In this document: one piece after another, positions 18,510 to 28,377 of the stretch | Numbering within the stretch: the stretch's first letter is position 1 | How the letters are laid out: each line of letters starts with the position of its first letter | From: Ignavibacteria bacterium | GTDB lineage: Bacteria; Bacteroidota; Ignavibacteria; Tepidaquicellales; OLB5 | Reading direction: 5' to 3' | DNA length: 64,000 nt | Assembly (NCBI GenBank): GCA_017303675.1 | Contig: JAFLBX010000002.1 | Location: 957,642-1,021,641 of the forward strand | Notes under the pieces: generated by a model | The model's input: only the letters and a program-made list of their open reading frames with translations | What the model was told of the DNA's origin: nothing | Databases searched by the model: none | Program-made: the position numbers and the translations under genes

Positions 18510-19943
18510 ATGAAGTACTTTATAAAAAGTATTTTTATATTTACGATTTTTGTAATTGTTAGCACAAAACAAATTTATGCACAAGTAACGCAAGAATGGG
18601 TTAAGAGATTTTCACTTCAAACAGACGCTGGCGACACCGCATATTCAATAGCAGTCGATGGTTCTGGATACGTCTATGTAGCCGGCATTGTTTGGAGAAA
18701 TGAGGACGATGCTTCATTTAGCTACTTATATGACTACGGAACAATTAAGTATGAACCAGATGGCGATTATTATTGGACAGGGCAAACTGCCCCTGGACAT
18801 AGATTATATAATAATTCACCCACAGATGATGGTATTGATGCTGCTTATTCAATTGTAGTTGACGGATCAGGAAACATTTATGTAACGGGCAGAAGTTATG
18901 GCAGTACTTCAACATCATTTGATTATGCAACTGTTAAATATAATTCAACAGGCGAAAAACAATGGGCTTCACGCTATAACGGGCCGGAAAGCAGTGATGA
19001 CGTGGCGGTTTCTGTTGTATTAGATGGTTCTGGAAACGTATATGTAACTGGGCGCAGCATTGACAAAAACTATGATATAGCAACAGTAAAATACAATTCT
19101 TCCGGCACTCAGCAGTGGGTTGCCAGGTATAACGGAAGTGGTGATGATGACGATGCCGCGGAGTCAATGGTAATAGATGGTTCTGCTAATATATACGTTA
19201 CAGGTTACTGCACTGGTAGTTCAACAGGTAAAGATTATGTTATAATCATATACAATTCTTCCGGGACTCAACAATGGGTTGCGACTTATAATGGCGTCGG
19301 AAGTGGTGAAGATATTGCACACACCATTAAAGTAGATGGCAGTGGTAACGTATATGTTACAGGCAGAAGTAAACAATATGCTTCAACTGATTTTGCTTAC
19401 GCAACTGTAAAATATAATTCCTCCGGAACCCAACAATGGGCTGCGATATATAACGGGAATGGATACGATTGGGACGAAGCATACTCACTTGCTGTTGATG
19501 GCTCAGGGAATGTATTCGTTACTGGAAAGAGTGAAGGACCAGCAAGTTTTACAAGCACATATTTTGATTATGCAACAATTAAATATAATTCCTCTGGGTC
19601 TCAGCAGTGGGAAGCAAGATATAATGGTCCCGGTAGCGATAACGACGAAGCATATGCCCTAGTAATTGATGGAAGCAGTAATGTCTATATTACTGGAAGA
19701 AGCAAAGGCAACGGAACAGACTTTGATTATGCTACAATTAAATATAACTCTTCAGGTACCCAACAATGGATTGCAAGATATGATAATGATTACAATGATG
19801 AGGCGTATGCAATTACTATAGATAATTCAGGAAATGTATATGTTACAGGCGGCAGTTATGAAACTGGAATTGAATTTGACTGGGCTACAATTAAATATTC
19901 ACAGAATGGTGATTTTATTCCTCAAACTCCGGTAACACATTAA
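18510..19943 (+). CDS. SBBP-type beta-propeller repeat protein (no T9SS C-terminal domain)
   Basis: About 9 tandem repeats of the form VDGSGNVYVTG.S......DYATVKYNSSGTQQW.ARYNG, preceded by a signal peptide. Confidence 0.7.
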   Translation: MKYFIKSIFIFTIFVIVSTKQIYAQVTQEWVKRFSLQTDAGDTAYSIAVDGSGYVYVAGIVWRNEDDASFSYLYDYGTIKYEPDGDYYWTGQTAPGHRLYNNSPTDDGIDAAYSIVVDGSGNIYVTGRSYGSTSTSFDYATVKYNSTGEKQWASRYNGPESSDDVAVSVVLDGSGNVYVTGRSIDKNYDIATVKYNSSGTQQWVARYNGSGDDDDAAESMVIDGSANIYVTGYCTGSSTGKDYVIIIYNSSGTQQWVATYNGVGSGEDIAHTIKVDGSGNVYVTGRSKQYASTDFAYATVKYNSSGTQQWAAIYNGNGYDWDEAYSLAVDGSGNVFVTGKSEGPASFTSTYFDYATIKYNSSGSQQWEARYNGPGSDNDEAYALVIDGSSNVYITGRSKGNGTDFDYATIKYNSSGTQQWIARYDNDYNDEAYAITIDNSGNVYVTGGSYETGIEFDWATIKYSQNGDFIPQTPVTH

Positions 19944-19963
19944 TGGAATATTTATAATAGAAT

Positions 19964-21547
19964 ATGAAGAATATTATATATTACATTTTCATTATGACTT
20001 TAAATATTTTATTACAAAATATTCAAAGTCAAGTAACGCAATCATGGGTTCAAAGGTTTAACAATACTATAAACGGCTGGGACGAACCGAGAGACATTGC
20101 CATTGATAAGTTAGGAGACATTTATGTAACTGGCTATAGTTTTATTAATTTAACCGAACGGTATTATTATACTATAAAATATAATTCTACTGGTGTTCAA
20201 CAGTGGGCAAAAAGCTATAATGTAGGATATGGCTCAGCTTTTGCAATCACTCTGGATGATTCCGCAAATGTTTATATAACAGGTGATAATACAAATGGCA
20301 TAATTACAATTAAATATACAACAACAGGCATCGAACAATGGGCAGCTCAGTATAACGGTCCGGATATCGACAACGCAAGAGAAATAGCAGTTGATAAAGA
20401 AGGCAATGTTTATGTCACTGGTTGGAGTTGGAACGACAGCACTTATTTTGATTATATAACAATAAAGTATAACAAATTAGGTCATCAACAGTGGGCTGTA
20501 CTGTATAATAGTATTACGAATTCTTATGACCAGGCACGCGCTTTAACAGTTGATAACTCAGGAAACGTGTATATTACAGGTTCAAGCGAAGGTAGCGGCA
20601 TTATAACAATAAAATATAGTTCAGCGGGTAATCAAATATGGTTGGCTAATTATTTTGGCGGTATTGGTTATGATATTGAATTAGACAAATATAATAATGT
20701 TTATTTAGCAGGATACACCGGCAGTGCCGGTAATCACAATTACATCACTATAAAATATGATTCTTCGGGTAACTTGCAATGGGCAAAAACTTATGATGGT
20801 TCAGGCGGAGATGACGTTTCTCAATGGATGTCATTAGATTCAACCGGCAGCGTTTATGTAACAGGTTACAGTTATGGGGGGGCTGCAACACGAAATGATT
20901 TTGCAACCATAAAATATAACTCAGCCGGGATTCAACAATGGGTTGCAAGATATAACGGACCGGGAAGCAGTCATGATTTTGTACGAAATGTTGCATTAGA
21001 TAGGGCAGGCGATGTTTACATTACAGGCTACGCTTATGTTCCTGCTGGCGGGACATTTGATTTTGCAACTGTAAAATATAACGGTATAACAGGTAATCAG
21101 CAATGGGTAGTGTTATATAACGGCACAGGAGATAGCAGCGATTACGGCTGGGCTCTTGATGTTGATAGTATGAATAATGTGTATGTTACCGGAGCGAGCT
21201 TTGGCAATGGTACAGGCAGAGATTTTGCGACAGTTAAATATTCACAAACAATAGGTATCCAGCAAATTTCAAATCAAATTCCGACAGAATACAGATTAGA
21301 GCAAAATTATCCGAATCCGTTCAATCCGGTAACGAAGATCAGGTTTTCAATTCCATCGGCAGAATTTGTTAAGCTCTTTATATATGACGCGCTTGGCAGG
21401 GAAATATCAACTGTGGTAAATGAAAGACTGATGCCTGGCATCTATGAAACCGAGTGGAATTCTGTTAATATGGGAAGCGGTGTTTACTTCTATAGTCTAA
21501 AAACTAATGGTTTTTCACAAACAAAAAAGATGATGGTAATTAAATAA
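19964..21547 (+). CDS. SBBP-type beta-propeller repeat protein with T9SS C-terminal sorting domain
   Basis: Same repeat type as the upstream gene, with a C-terminal EQNYPNPFNPVTKIRF...GVYFYSLK...KKMMVIK. Confidence 0.75.
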   Translation: MKNIIYYIFIMTLNILLQNIQSQVTQSWVQRFNNTINGWDEPRDIAIDKLGDIYVTGYSFINLTERYYYTIKYNSTGVQQWAKSYNVGYGSAFAITLDDSANVYITGDNTNGIITIKYTTTGIEQWAAQYNGPDIDNAREIAVDKEGNVYVTGWSWNDSTYFDYITIKYNKLGHQQWAVLYNSITNSYDQARALTVDNSGNVYITGSSEGSGIITIKYSSAGNQIWLANYFGGIGYDIELDKYNNVYLAGYTGSAGNHNYITIKYDSSGNLQWAKTYDGSGGDDVSQWMSLDSTGSVYVTGYSYGGAATRNDFATIKYNSAGIQQWVARYNGPGSSHDFVRNVALDRAGDVYITGYAYVPAGGTFDFATVKYNGITGNQQWVVLYNGTGDSSDYGWALDVDSMNNVYVTGASFGNGTGRDFATVKYSQTIGIQQISNQIPTEYRLEQNYPNPFNPVTKIRFSIPSAEFVKLFIYDALGREISTVVNERLMPGIYETEWNSVNMGSGVYFYSLKTNGFSQTKKMMVIK

Positions 21548-21569
21548 CATTATTATCTATCAATATCCA

Positions 21570-23366
21570 TTATTTCCGCAGGCGGAATTCAACCCTGCGG
21601 TTGAGGGCTCTGCCCTCTTCTGTATCATTTGGCGCAACGGGCTGTGATTCACCAAATCCCTGTGATATGATATTTGCGGGATTAATACCAATACTTACCA
21701 GGTAACTTACAACTGAAGCTGCGCGTTTATCAGAAAGCTCTTTGTTAAAATGGTCGCTGCCAATATCATCAGTATGTGCGTTGATTTCAACCATTACTTC
21801 GGGGTTTGCATGCATGAACCTGTACAGCAGGTTCAATGCTTCATGTGATTCATCCTTTAGTTCAAACTTACCGGAATCAAAAAATATATTTTCTATCTTA
21901 ATAGCTTTACCTGAATTTTTAAGCTCTTCAACTGATATTACGCTCATATTGGTATTTATCTGCTCAAAAGCTTTGGCTGCTGTAAGATCAAGGTAGTTTA
22001 CAATTGAATAGAACCCTTTAACATCGGCGTAATACGCGTAATACCTGCCTGTCGGCAGGGCGATAAAATATTCGCCGGTAACCGGATCGGTTTTTGCAAC
22101 GCCAACTTCTTTTTTTAGCTCTACATCTTCCCATTTAATTGTGGCTTCCACGGGATTCCCGTTTTCATCAAGCACTTTACCGTTAATTGTAACCACATCG
22201 CTTACCGGCTGCACTTCTTCGGGAAGCTCGACGTAATAAATATCCTCTTCGCCAAAACCCATATCGTTAACTGTGGAAAAATACGCGCGTTTGCCGTCAG
22301 TGGAAATTTTAAATCCCCAGTCCTCATTGGGAGTGTTTATTTCTTTCCCAAGATTTACAGGTTCGCTCCAGTGTGTCCACGATGAATCGTTTAACCGTAC
22401 CGATTTAAACACATCGCTTTTGCCAAGCCCGGGATGCCCGTCACTTGAAAAGTAGAGGGTTTTGCCATCGGGATGAAGAAATGGTGTTCGTTCAGTATAT
22501 GGTGTATTTATAAAATCACCAAGATTTATAGCGGTTTTGCTCCACGAACCGTCAGGCTCTTTTAAAACTACATACAGGTCAGTATTCCCCCAGTACATAC
22601 CGTGGTAATAGTCGCCCTTGGGTTTATAGTCACCCACTCCTCCGGGCCTTTCACTGCTGAACAATATCGCCTTACCGTCAGCAGTAAGGTACGCATCGGC
22701 ATCCCACCATTTGGAATTTATCGGTTCGGGGTATTGCTGAACTTCTGAGTAGCCTGATTTTGTTTTGACGGAGTAAAAGTTATCACCCCTGCCAAGCGCG
22801 TTCAGGTAATTGCCGAAAAGTACCAGGGTATTTCCATCGGCGGAAATGCTGTTTATATATTCATTGCTTTCTGTGTTGATACTGCCAATAAGAGGTTTAG
22901 CAATTATCCAGCGGTTATTAACTTCCTGTGAAATGAAAATATCTTCTCCGCCAATATTATCTTCCCTGTCACGCCCTGTGAAGTAGATCCTTTTTCCGTC
23001 AGGTGAAATCACGGGACTGTATTCACGGCCAAGAGAATTTATATTGCCGCCCATATTATAAAGCTTAATATTTTTCGCGGTATCGTTGATGATCGAAATT
23101 ATTTTATCAATACGGTCTGCCAGACCAAGGAACTTTGATTTATGGTCTTCGTAAACTTTTACAGCCTTAACCCAGTCATGTTTATATAATGAAGGAGCGG
23201 CAAGGTATTGAAGAGCAATGAATGCGTCTTCACTTGGCGCGTAAAGCTTTACGATATTTGCGTAATATTCCGGTGATTCGCCTTCATCAACCTGGATCTT
23301 CTGTGAAAAAATATTTAAAGGGATTAACAGGAAAAATATTATTGCTGCTGATAAATATTTATGCAT
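21570..23366 (-). CDS. OmpA-family protein with TolB-like PD40 repeats (paralog of 16482-18251)
   Basis: Same architecture as its paralog. The likely start is MHKYLSAAIIFFLL (signal peptide) at 23366 rather than 23486. The C-terminal OmpA domain reads INAHTDDIGSDHFNKELSDKRAASV...NRRVE. Confidence 0.85.
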   Translation of the reverse strand: MHKYLSAAIIFFLLIPLNIFSQKIQVDEGESPEYYANIVKLYAPSEDAFIALQYLAAPSLYKHDWVKAVKVYEDHKSKFLGLADRIDKIISIINDTAKNIKLYNMGGNINSLGREYSPVISPDGKRIYFTGRDREDNIGGEDIFISQEVNNRWIIAKPLIGSINTESNEYINSISADGNTLVLFGNYLNALGRGDNFYSVKTKSGYSEVQQYPEPINSKWWDADAYLTADGKAILFSSERPGGVGDYKPKGDYYHGMYWGNTDLYVVLKEPDGSWSKTAINLGDFINTPYTERTPFLHPDGKTLYFSSDGHPGLGKSDVFKSVRLNDSSWTHWSEPVNLGKEINTPNEDWGFKISTDGKRAYFSTVNDMGFGEEDIYYVELPEEVQPVSDVVTINGKVLDENGNPVEATIKWEDVELKKEVGVAKTDPVTGEYFIALPTGRYYAYYADVKGFYSIVNYLDLTAAKAFEQINTNMSVISVEELKNSGKAIKIENIFFDSGKFELKDESHEALNLLYRFMHANPEVMVEINAHTDDIGSDHFNKELSDKRAASVVSYLVSIGINPANIISQGFGESQPVAPNDTEEGRALNRRVEFRLRK

Positions 23367-23608
23367 GCCGTTTTTAAACGGCGTTAATTTGAAAAAGCTA
23401 ATATTTTCAATTAGTGATAGAATAGCTTTTTGTGCAAGTATTAATATATACTGGCACAAATTATCTAATTTTTTGGAAATTAGCAAGATTATTCTAACGG
23501 TAAAGAGTTAACCGGAATTTTATATATCATTTTTATACATTGAAATAAGCAGATTGTAAAATTATGTTATTAACGCTTCATAATTGAAATATAATAATTA
23601 CTTCAAAT

Positions 23609-24409
23609 ATGAAATTTATTAAATACACATATTCTGTTATTATACTTTTAATATCTATAAATTCTTACGCCCAGAATCCAGTATATAATCAATGCAGAAA
23701 CGGTCTTTTTATACTTATTCCGAATAACGGAACAATGCGTGACAGTATACTGATTTCTTTGCCTGCACTTTCATTTATTGCAGATATAAACATAACTATT
23801 GATACACTGATTCATACCTGGGTAAGTGATCTTTCTATTTACCTGAGAAAAGATACTGCCGGAGTTAAATTATTTAACAGAACAGGCGGTTCAGGAGATA
23901 ATTTCATAGGAACAATTTTTAATGATTCAGCAGCAATTTCGATAGGTAATGCTAATGCTCCTTTTACCGGACAATTTAAACCACATAACCCTCTTTCTGT
24001 TTTTAATGGATCCTTTAATGCGAGCGGTTACTGGTCACTATACATTTCAGATACTGCAACTGGTGATACCGGTTTTTTGAAAGCATGGTGTCTATCTATC
24101 AGTTATTATATATATATGGGCGGTATAAATACAGTTGAAATCCCCAACACTTACAGATTATACCAAAACTACCCTAATCCATTCAATCCTGTTACAAAGA
24201 TTAAATATGGATTGCCGGAAAATGGATATGTTAAATTAACAGTTTATAATGATCTTGGAGAAGAAATAATTGTTCTGCAGGATGGATACAAAACAGCAAA
24301 TACTTATGAAGCTGAATTCAACGCATCTGATCTGCCAAGCGGTGTGTATTATTATAAAATGGAAGCGAAAGGATTTATAGATTCAAAAAAGATGGTTATT
24401 GTAAAATAG
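23609..24409 (+). CDS. stand-alone proprotein-convertase P-domain protein with T9SS C-terminal domain
   Basis: HTWVSDLSIYLRKDTAGVKLFNRTGGSGDNF.GTIFND...G.W.L.I.D.A.GD.G.L..W.L resembles a P-domain. It ends in QNYPNPFNPVTKIKY. Confidence 0.6.
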   Translation: MKFIKYTYSVIILLISINSYAQNPVYNQCRNGLFILIPNNGTMRDSILISLPALSFIADINITIDTLIHTWVSDLSIYLRKDTAGVKLFNRTGGSGDNFIGTIFNDSAAISIGNANAPFTGQFKPHNPLSVFNGSFNASGYWSLYISDTATGDTGFLKAWCLSISYYIYMGGINTVEIPNTYRLYQNYPNPFNPVTKIKYGLPENGYVKLTVYNDLGEEIIVLQDGYKTANTYEAEFNASDLPSGVYYYKMEAKGFIDSKKMVIVK

Positions 24410-24459
24410 GTGAATTGGTGAGTAGGTAAGTTGGTGAGTAGTAATTAAATTATAAATGT

Positions 24460-25245
24460 CTATATATCCGGAGAAAGATGTTTAAACTCATATAAAGCTA
24501 TTCCTGCAGAAATTGCTACATTAAGAGATTCACTTTTTGAGTATCCTTCAATTTTCAACTTCTCAAATCCTGATTCAATTATTTCTTTTGATATACCGTG
24601 AGCTTCGCTGCCAAACACGATCACAGATTTATCAGATTTCGCTGATTGAGTGATCTGCGATAATGAACTTTCTGCATCAAGTGTAAACAGGTAAACTGAA
24701 TACCCTTTTGATTCAAGTTTCTTCAGCTCAACTGCAAGTTCAGCATCTTCAGTAATATTGGTATGGAATATCCCGCCCTGCGTTGAACGTATAACTTTGG
24801 GATTATAAGGGTCAGCACACTCCTTGCTGAGTATAATATTTTTTACACCGAACCAATAAGCTGTGCGTATAATTGTTCCCAGATTTCCCGGGTCACTGAC
24901 CCTGTCAAGTGCAATGACAAGTTCACCATTTGCAATGCCGCCTCTTGTTTTAGGATGGGCAACAACTCCAACAATTCCCTGTGAGCTTTCAGTATCGGTA
25001 AGTTTGTTAAATGACTTCTCAGGCAGCGGTTCAACAATGGTTTTATTAGTGGCAAGCTTTTCCAAAATTGCAGTATGTCCCTGCAGGTCAACCCCTTCAC
25101 GCAGTATTATATATTCAAGCTCATGAGGTGAGTTAAGGCATTCTTCAATTAAATGGAAGCCTTCAATGAGATATTTGCCGTGTTCTTCGCGGTATTTTTT
25201 CTGCTTCAGTGAAGCGAATTGTTTTATTTGGTTGGCGGTTAGCAA
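24460..25245 (-). CDS. TrmH/SpoU-family RNA 2'-O-methyltransferase (RlmB-like)
   Basis: Has the SpoU motifs DPGNLGTIIRTA, VFGSEAHGIS and ESLNVAISAGIALYE. TTG start. Confidence 0.85.
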   Translation of the reverse strand: MLTANQIKQFASLKQKKYREEHGKYLIEGFHLIEECLNSPHELEYIILREGVDLQGHTAILEKLATNKTIVEPLPEKSFNKLTDTESSQGIVGVVAHPKTRGGIANGELVIALDRVSDPGNLGTIIRTAYWFGVKNIILSKECADPYNPKVIRSTQGGIFHTNITEDAELAVELKKLESKGYSVYLFTLDAESSLSQITQSAKSDKSVIVFGSEAHGISKEIIESGFEKLKIEGYSKSESLNVAISAGIALYEFKHLSPDI

Positions 25246-25355
25246 TTTGTTGGATTACGTTAGTTTTGTTGTTGATCAAAAAGAACAACAACGGGTGAAT
25301 TAAAATATAAGTAAAATAACTTCACCTTTGTTTATACGACAAATCTTAGATTATC

Positions 25356-25393
25356 GTCTGGATTCTTCGCTCGCTTCGCTCACTCAGAATGAC
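25356..25393 (-). repeat. REP-like element (GTCATTCTGAG...GAATCCAGAC family)
   Basis: The reverse complement is gtcattctgagtgagcgaagcgagcgaagaatccagac. It has the same ends as the A modules at 47357 and 55012. Confidence 0.7.
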
Positions 25394-25507
25394 AAAAATT
25401 TTAGAAGTTAGTTTTCTTTTGCTTCTCTTTGGAGTGCATCAACTATGTTGATGCGAGCACTGAACTGCTGACGCAGTCAGGCGCAGTCAGCGCAATCCAT
25501 GAAAGGC

Positions 25508-26140
25508 TTACTTACCTATGAGTTTCAGGAATTCGGTCCTGGTTTTTTCATCTGATTTAAATCTGCCAAGCATTGCTGAGGCTGTTGCGACGGAATTCTG
25601 TTTTTCCACACCGCGCATCATCATGCACAGATGGGAAGCTTCAGTAACTACGGCTACTCCTTTAGGCTCAAGCACTTTGTTTATCATATCGCCTATTTCC
25701 CTAGTCATACGTTCCTGAACCTGGAGCCTGCGGCTGAACATTTCTACCATCCTTGGCAGCTTGCTTAACCCTACAATTTTTCCGTTGGGTATATATGCAA
25801 TATGGCATTTACCGAAAAACGGCAGAAGGTGATGCTCGCACAGGCTGTAGAAATCGATATCCTTAACAATAACCATTTCATCGTAATGCTCATTAAACAC
25901 TGCATTGTTCAGCAGCTTTTCAATATCTTCGCTGTATCCTTTTGTAAGGAATTTATATGCCTTCGCAACGCGGTTAGGCGTACGCAGCAATCCTTCGCGC
26001 TTCGGGTCTTCGCCAATTTCAGCAAGGATGTTTACAACACTTTCTTCAAGCTTTTTAATTGATTCATCGTTATAATTCACACTTATGATATTATTATCAT
26101 CATCCTGTGTGATGCCGTTATTTTTCTTTTTATCAGTCAT
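25508..26140 (-). CDS. folE: GTP cyclohydrolase I
   Basis: [21 protein letters not shown] and RLQVQERMT motifs. Confidence 0.9.
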   Translation of the reverse strand: MTDKKKNNGITQDDDNNIISVNYNDESIKKLEESVVNILAEIGEDPKREGLLRTPNRVAKAYKFLTKGYSEDIEKLLNNAVFNEHYDEMVIVKDIDFYSLCEHHLLPFFGKCHIAYIPNGKIVGLSKLPRMVEMFSRRLQVQERMTREIGDMINKVLEPKGVAVVTEASHLCMMMRGVEKQNSVATASAMLGRFKSDEKTRTEFLKLIGK

Positions 26141-26144
26141 AATT

Positions 26145-26564
26145 TTATGATTTTTTTCCTTTGTATTCCACTGAGTTGTTAATTGTTTCCTTTATTTTCA
26201 CTGAATACAATTTTCTGCCGGGAGAGTTGATTTTACCTTCGATCTGTTCCCATATAGCTACAGCAATATTTTCTGTTGAAGGGAGCACGCCCTTCATAAA
26301 ATCAACATCCAGGTTCAGATTTTTGTGGTCAACTTTGTTTATTATCTCCTTTTCAACTAGGAGCTTTAATTCTGTGAGGTCCATAACATACCCAATTTCG
26401 GGATCGACTTCACCTGCAACTGTTACATCCATTTCATAATTGTGCCCGTGCCCGTTCGGATTTGAGCACTTACCGTACTTTTTCAGGTTTTCTTCATCGC
26501 TCAAAGCAGGGTTATAAACACTGTGCGAAGCGCTGAAATGGAACTTGCGTGTAATATAAAGCAA
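26145..26564 (-). CDS. queD: 6-carboxytetrahydropterin / 6-pyruvoyl-tetrahydropterin synthase
   Basis: FHFSASH...[15 protein letters not shown] motif (Cys plus the HGH zinc site). TTG start. Confidence 0.8.
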   Translation of the reverse strand: MLYITRKFHFSASHSVYNPALSDEENLKKYGKCSNPNGHGHNYEMDVTVAGEVDPEIGYVMDLTELKLLVEKEIINKVDHKNLNLDVDFMKGVLPSTENIAVAIWEQIEGKINSPGRKLYSVKIKETINNSVEYKGKKS

Positions 26565-26565
26565 T

Positions 26566-27438
26566 TTAATTTTTTGTTTTTAAGTTATTTAAAGCAGATC
26601 TGTAATGATATACAACGCTTAAAATTAGCAATAAGTTCATCAATATTAAATTCACAAATATATAATAATCATATCTGCCGGTGATTGCCGCTATACAGAT
26701 GAGGAAAATATGAGTTCCTATTGAAAGTGAGCTTGCAAATGTTAAAAACGGCTTATTTTCATACCAGATTTTTTTGGTTTCTGCATTTTGCGGCAGCCTG
26801 TTCAGCAAATAAATATCAAGCTTATAAAACAGCAGGTCCTGCCAGCCATAAATAACCTGAAATACCCTTTGCAGGAAAGTTGTCCAGCTATCCTGCAATG
26901 CAATATCTTCATCTGTGATATTTTCCAGTAGCCTGTTCTGAGTTCCTTTGCCTGAAGAGCGGGTAAACGAAACCTGGTAGTAAATGAAGTATGAACAATG
27001 CAGCATAGAAAATATCATAGCTACAAAGCCTGCGGCAAATGCAAGGTATGAGCCCCAGAGCAGATGCAGGTTGTATGATACAGCCGCAAAGCTGGTGAGT
27101 GTTACAATAAAATCAGAAATAGAATCATAGAACCGTCCGCGGCGTGAATCAAGTCCTTTGGCCCTGGCAAGTGAACCATCAACTTTATCGAGCACATTTT
27201 TATAGAACAGAAGGAAGGCTCCCCCGACAGCATAATATTTGCCGGGTATTACGAAAAGTACTGAAGCTGTTAAGCCAAAAACCATTGATAAAAAAATAAC
27301 CTGGTGAGGAGTGACCTTTGTATAATAAAAAAATTTGGTGATCTGTTTTGAAGTGATAAACAGGTATTGCTGCAGGTTTACAAATGTATTTCCCGGGTCA
27401 GTCTTAAGGGTTTTTTCGTATGAAAATTTATTTTTCAT
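26566..27438 (-). CDS. CDP-alcohol phosphatidyltransferase family protein
   Basis: DKVDGSLARAKGLDSRRGRFYDSISD matches the D-x2-DG-x2-AR-x8-G-x3-D-x3-D signature. The protein is polytopic. Confidence 0.75.
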   Translation of the reverse strand: MKNKFSYEKTLKTDPGNTFVNLQQYLFITSKQITKFFYYTKVTPHQVIFLSMVFGLTASVLFVIPGKYYAVGGAFLLFYKNVLDKVDGSLARAKGLDSRRGRFYDSISDFIVTLTSFAAVSYNLHLLWGSYLAFAAGFVAMIFSMLHCSYFIYYQVSFTRSSGKGTQNRLLENITDEDIALQDSWTTFLQRVFQVIYGWQDLLFYKLDIYLLNRLPQNAETKKIWYENKPFLTFASSLSIGTHIFLICIAAITGRYDYYIFVNLILMNLLLILSVVYHYRSALNNLKTKN

Positions 27439-27442
27439 AAGG

Positions 27443-28060
27443 TCAAAACTTAAGCTGAATATTATACTTTATTGATATTACCCTCAGCACAAATGCTGCT
27501 GAAATTGAGCTCAATAAAGCTACAAGCGAAGATTCAGGAAAATAATTCAGCAGAATCACAAAAACCAGCGCTCCGATAAAAGAACATGTTGCGTATAATT
27601 GCGATTGTTTAAAAAATACAGGCACTTCATTGCATATAACATCACGCATAACTCCCCCGAAAACACCGGTTATTACTCCAATTAGTACTGCATTGAACCA
27701 AAACACACCAGCGCTGAGCGCATAGCTTGTGCCAACGGCACTGAAAAGTCCAAGCCCCAATGCATCAAGCAAACCAAGTGATAAAAGCACAGGCTTTGAA
27801 AAACTAACAGACTTCCTTAATACAAAAACAGATATTACGGCAAGGGCGAGGATCATTACAGGGTAATTATAGTTTTCCATCCAGAAAAGCGGGTAACGGT
27901 TGATAAGAACATCACGCAGCGTTCCCCCGCCGAATGCAGTTACCATTGCTACGGAATATGTGCCGATAATATCCATTTGTTTTCTGCGGGCTTCTATTAT
28001 ACCCGTTATAGCAAATGCAAATATTCCGAGGATCTCAATGGTTTTTAGTAATGCGTCCAT
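27443..28060 (-). CDS. trimeric intracellular cation channel / UPF0126 (YadS-like) membrane protein
   Basis: Internally duplicated, with GGGTLRD and FGGVMRD motifs. Confidence 0.75.
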   Translation of the reverse strand: MDALLKTIEILGIFAFAITGIIEARRKQMDIIGTYSVAMVTAFGGGTLRDVLINRYPLFWMENYNYPVMILALAVISVFVLRKSVSFSKPVLLSLGLLDALGLGLFSAVGTSYALSAGVFWFNAVLIGVITGVFGGVMRDVICNEVPVFFKQSQLYATCSFIGALVFVILLNYFPESSLVALLSSISAAFVLRVISIKYNIQLKF

Positions 28061-28173
28061 TTGGCAATGAGCAATTAATAATGAACAATGAGCAATATTG
28101 GAAGAAGAAATTTAAAGCACTCAAATCAAAAAATAATTACACTTTACTCATTACTAATTATTACTTGAAGTTG

Positions 28174-28245
28174 TACTCCCGGAAGGACTCGAACCCTCAC
28201 CGGCAGGACCGGAACCTGACGTGCTATCCATTACACTACGGGAGC
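28174..28245 (-). tRNA. tRNA-Arg (anticodon CCG)
   Basis: The reverse complement GCTCCCGTAGTGTAATGGATAGCACGTCAGGTTCCGGTCCTGCCGGTGAGGGTTCGAGTCCTTCCGGGAGTA folds by hand into a 72-nt cloverleaf. The anticodon loop is TTCCGGT and the T-loop is TTCGAGT. No CCA is encoded. Confidence 0.85.
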
Positions 28246-28377
28246 AGATTATAATTAACTGCAAATTTACATAAAACTTAACAATGATGAAGTATTAAAA
28301 TATCCACCATTTAATTGTGGAATTAAATTCATTGTTAAATGTTACCATGTATTATAAATTGTATAAAATTATCTTGC

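Noticed and set aside
23367-23486. N-terminal 40-codon extension of the second OmpA paralog
   Set aside because: The extension (MLISKKLDNLCQYILILAQ...) precedes an obvious signal peptide (MHKYLSAAIIFFLL) that aligns with the start of the paralog. The shorter start is preferred.
28015-28254. 79-aa plus-strand ORF
   Set aside because: It overlaps the tRNA-Arg gene and the start of the TRIC-channel gene.
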